Position numbers and translations under genes: made by a program. From NCBI GenBank assembly GCA_964016885.1, contig OZ024742.1, positions 182,590,001 through 182,654,000 of the forward strand: a stretch of DNA of 64,000 nt. The letters run 5' to 3'. This DNA comes from Eledone cirrhosa. Lineage: Eukaryota. The notes below the pieces were generated by a model, which was not told where the DNA came from, did no database searches, and saw nothing but the letters and a program-made list of their open reading frames with translations. The stretch's first letter is position 1, and every line of letters begins with the position of its first letter. Below are positions 63,725 through 64,000 of this stretch, one piece after another.

Positions 63725-64000
63725 GAGTCGATAAAATAATGCACCAGTAACGAACTGGGGTCGATTTAATAGATTTTCCCCTTCCCTTCAAATTACTGGC
63801 CTTGTACCAAAAGTAGGAACAAATGATTACAGAGAGGAGGGACATAGACTAGTGAAATCAATTCGCAAGAATGGTTCAGAACGATAAAGACATTGTATGT
63901 GTGTTTATGTGTATGAGTGGGTTTAAATGTTTGAGAGATAGAAAGATAAGAGTGGGTGTTTGTGTGTATGCGTGTATGTAATAGAGCTACAAAAATGGGA

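Overview
AT-rich, microsatellite-saturated, non-coding animal DNA. The SINE types and the (TA)n/(CA)n density suggest an octopus or other cephalopod, but that is inference. No host gene is confidently visible, and almost every ORF in the supplied track is a translated microsatellite. The only clear protein-coding remnant is a 5'-truncated Penelope-like retroelement (PLE) at about 56557-57840. It encodes an RT thumb, a Cys linker and a GIY-YIG endonuclease, carries a decayed hammerhead ribozyme (HHR) in its 3' UTR, and sits between (TA)n arrays. The most striking feature is about 20 short (90-430 bp) elements from at least 8 unrelated sequence families, wedged into (TA)n tracts. They share one architecture: (TA)n, a short inverted arm, a loop, a long arm, an unpaired 55-90 nt tail, then (TA)n. 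Several carry complete or decayed minimal type-I HHRs followed by AATAAA, and six or seven families share a GAGTRCT motif 20-31 nt into the tail. I read these as fold-back PLE 3' ends or non-autonomous ribozyme mini-elements that target (TA)n. Also present: tRNA-derived SINEs (some young, with TSDs), decayed RTE-like LINE fragments, a candidate non-autonomous Helitron, MITE/hAT remnants, a 24-bp minisatellite and a 3-kb polarity-switching TA array.
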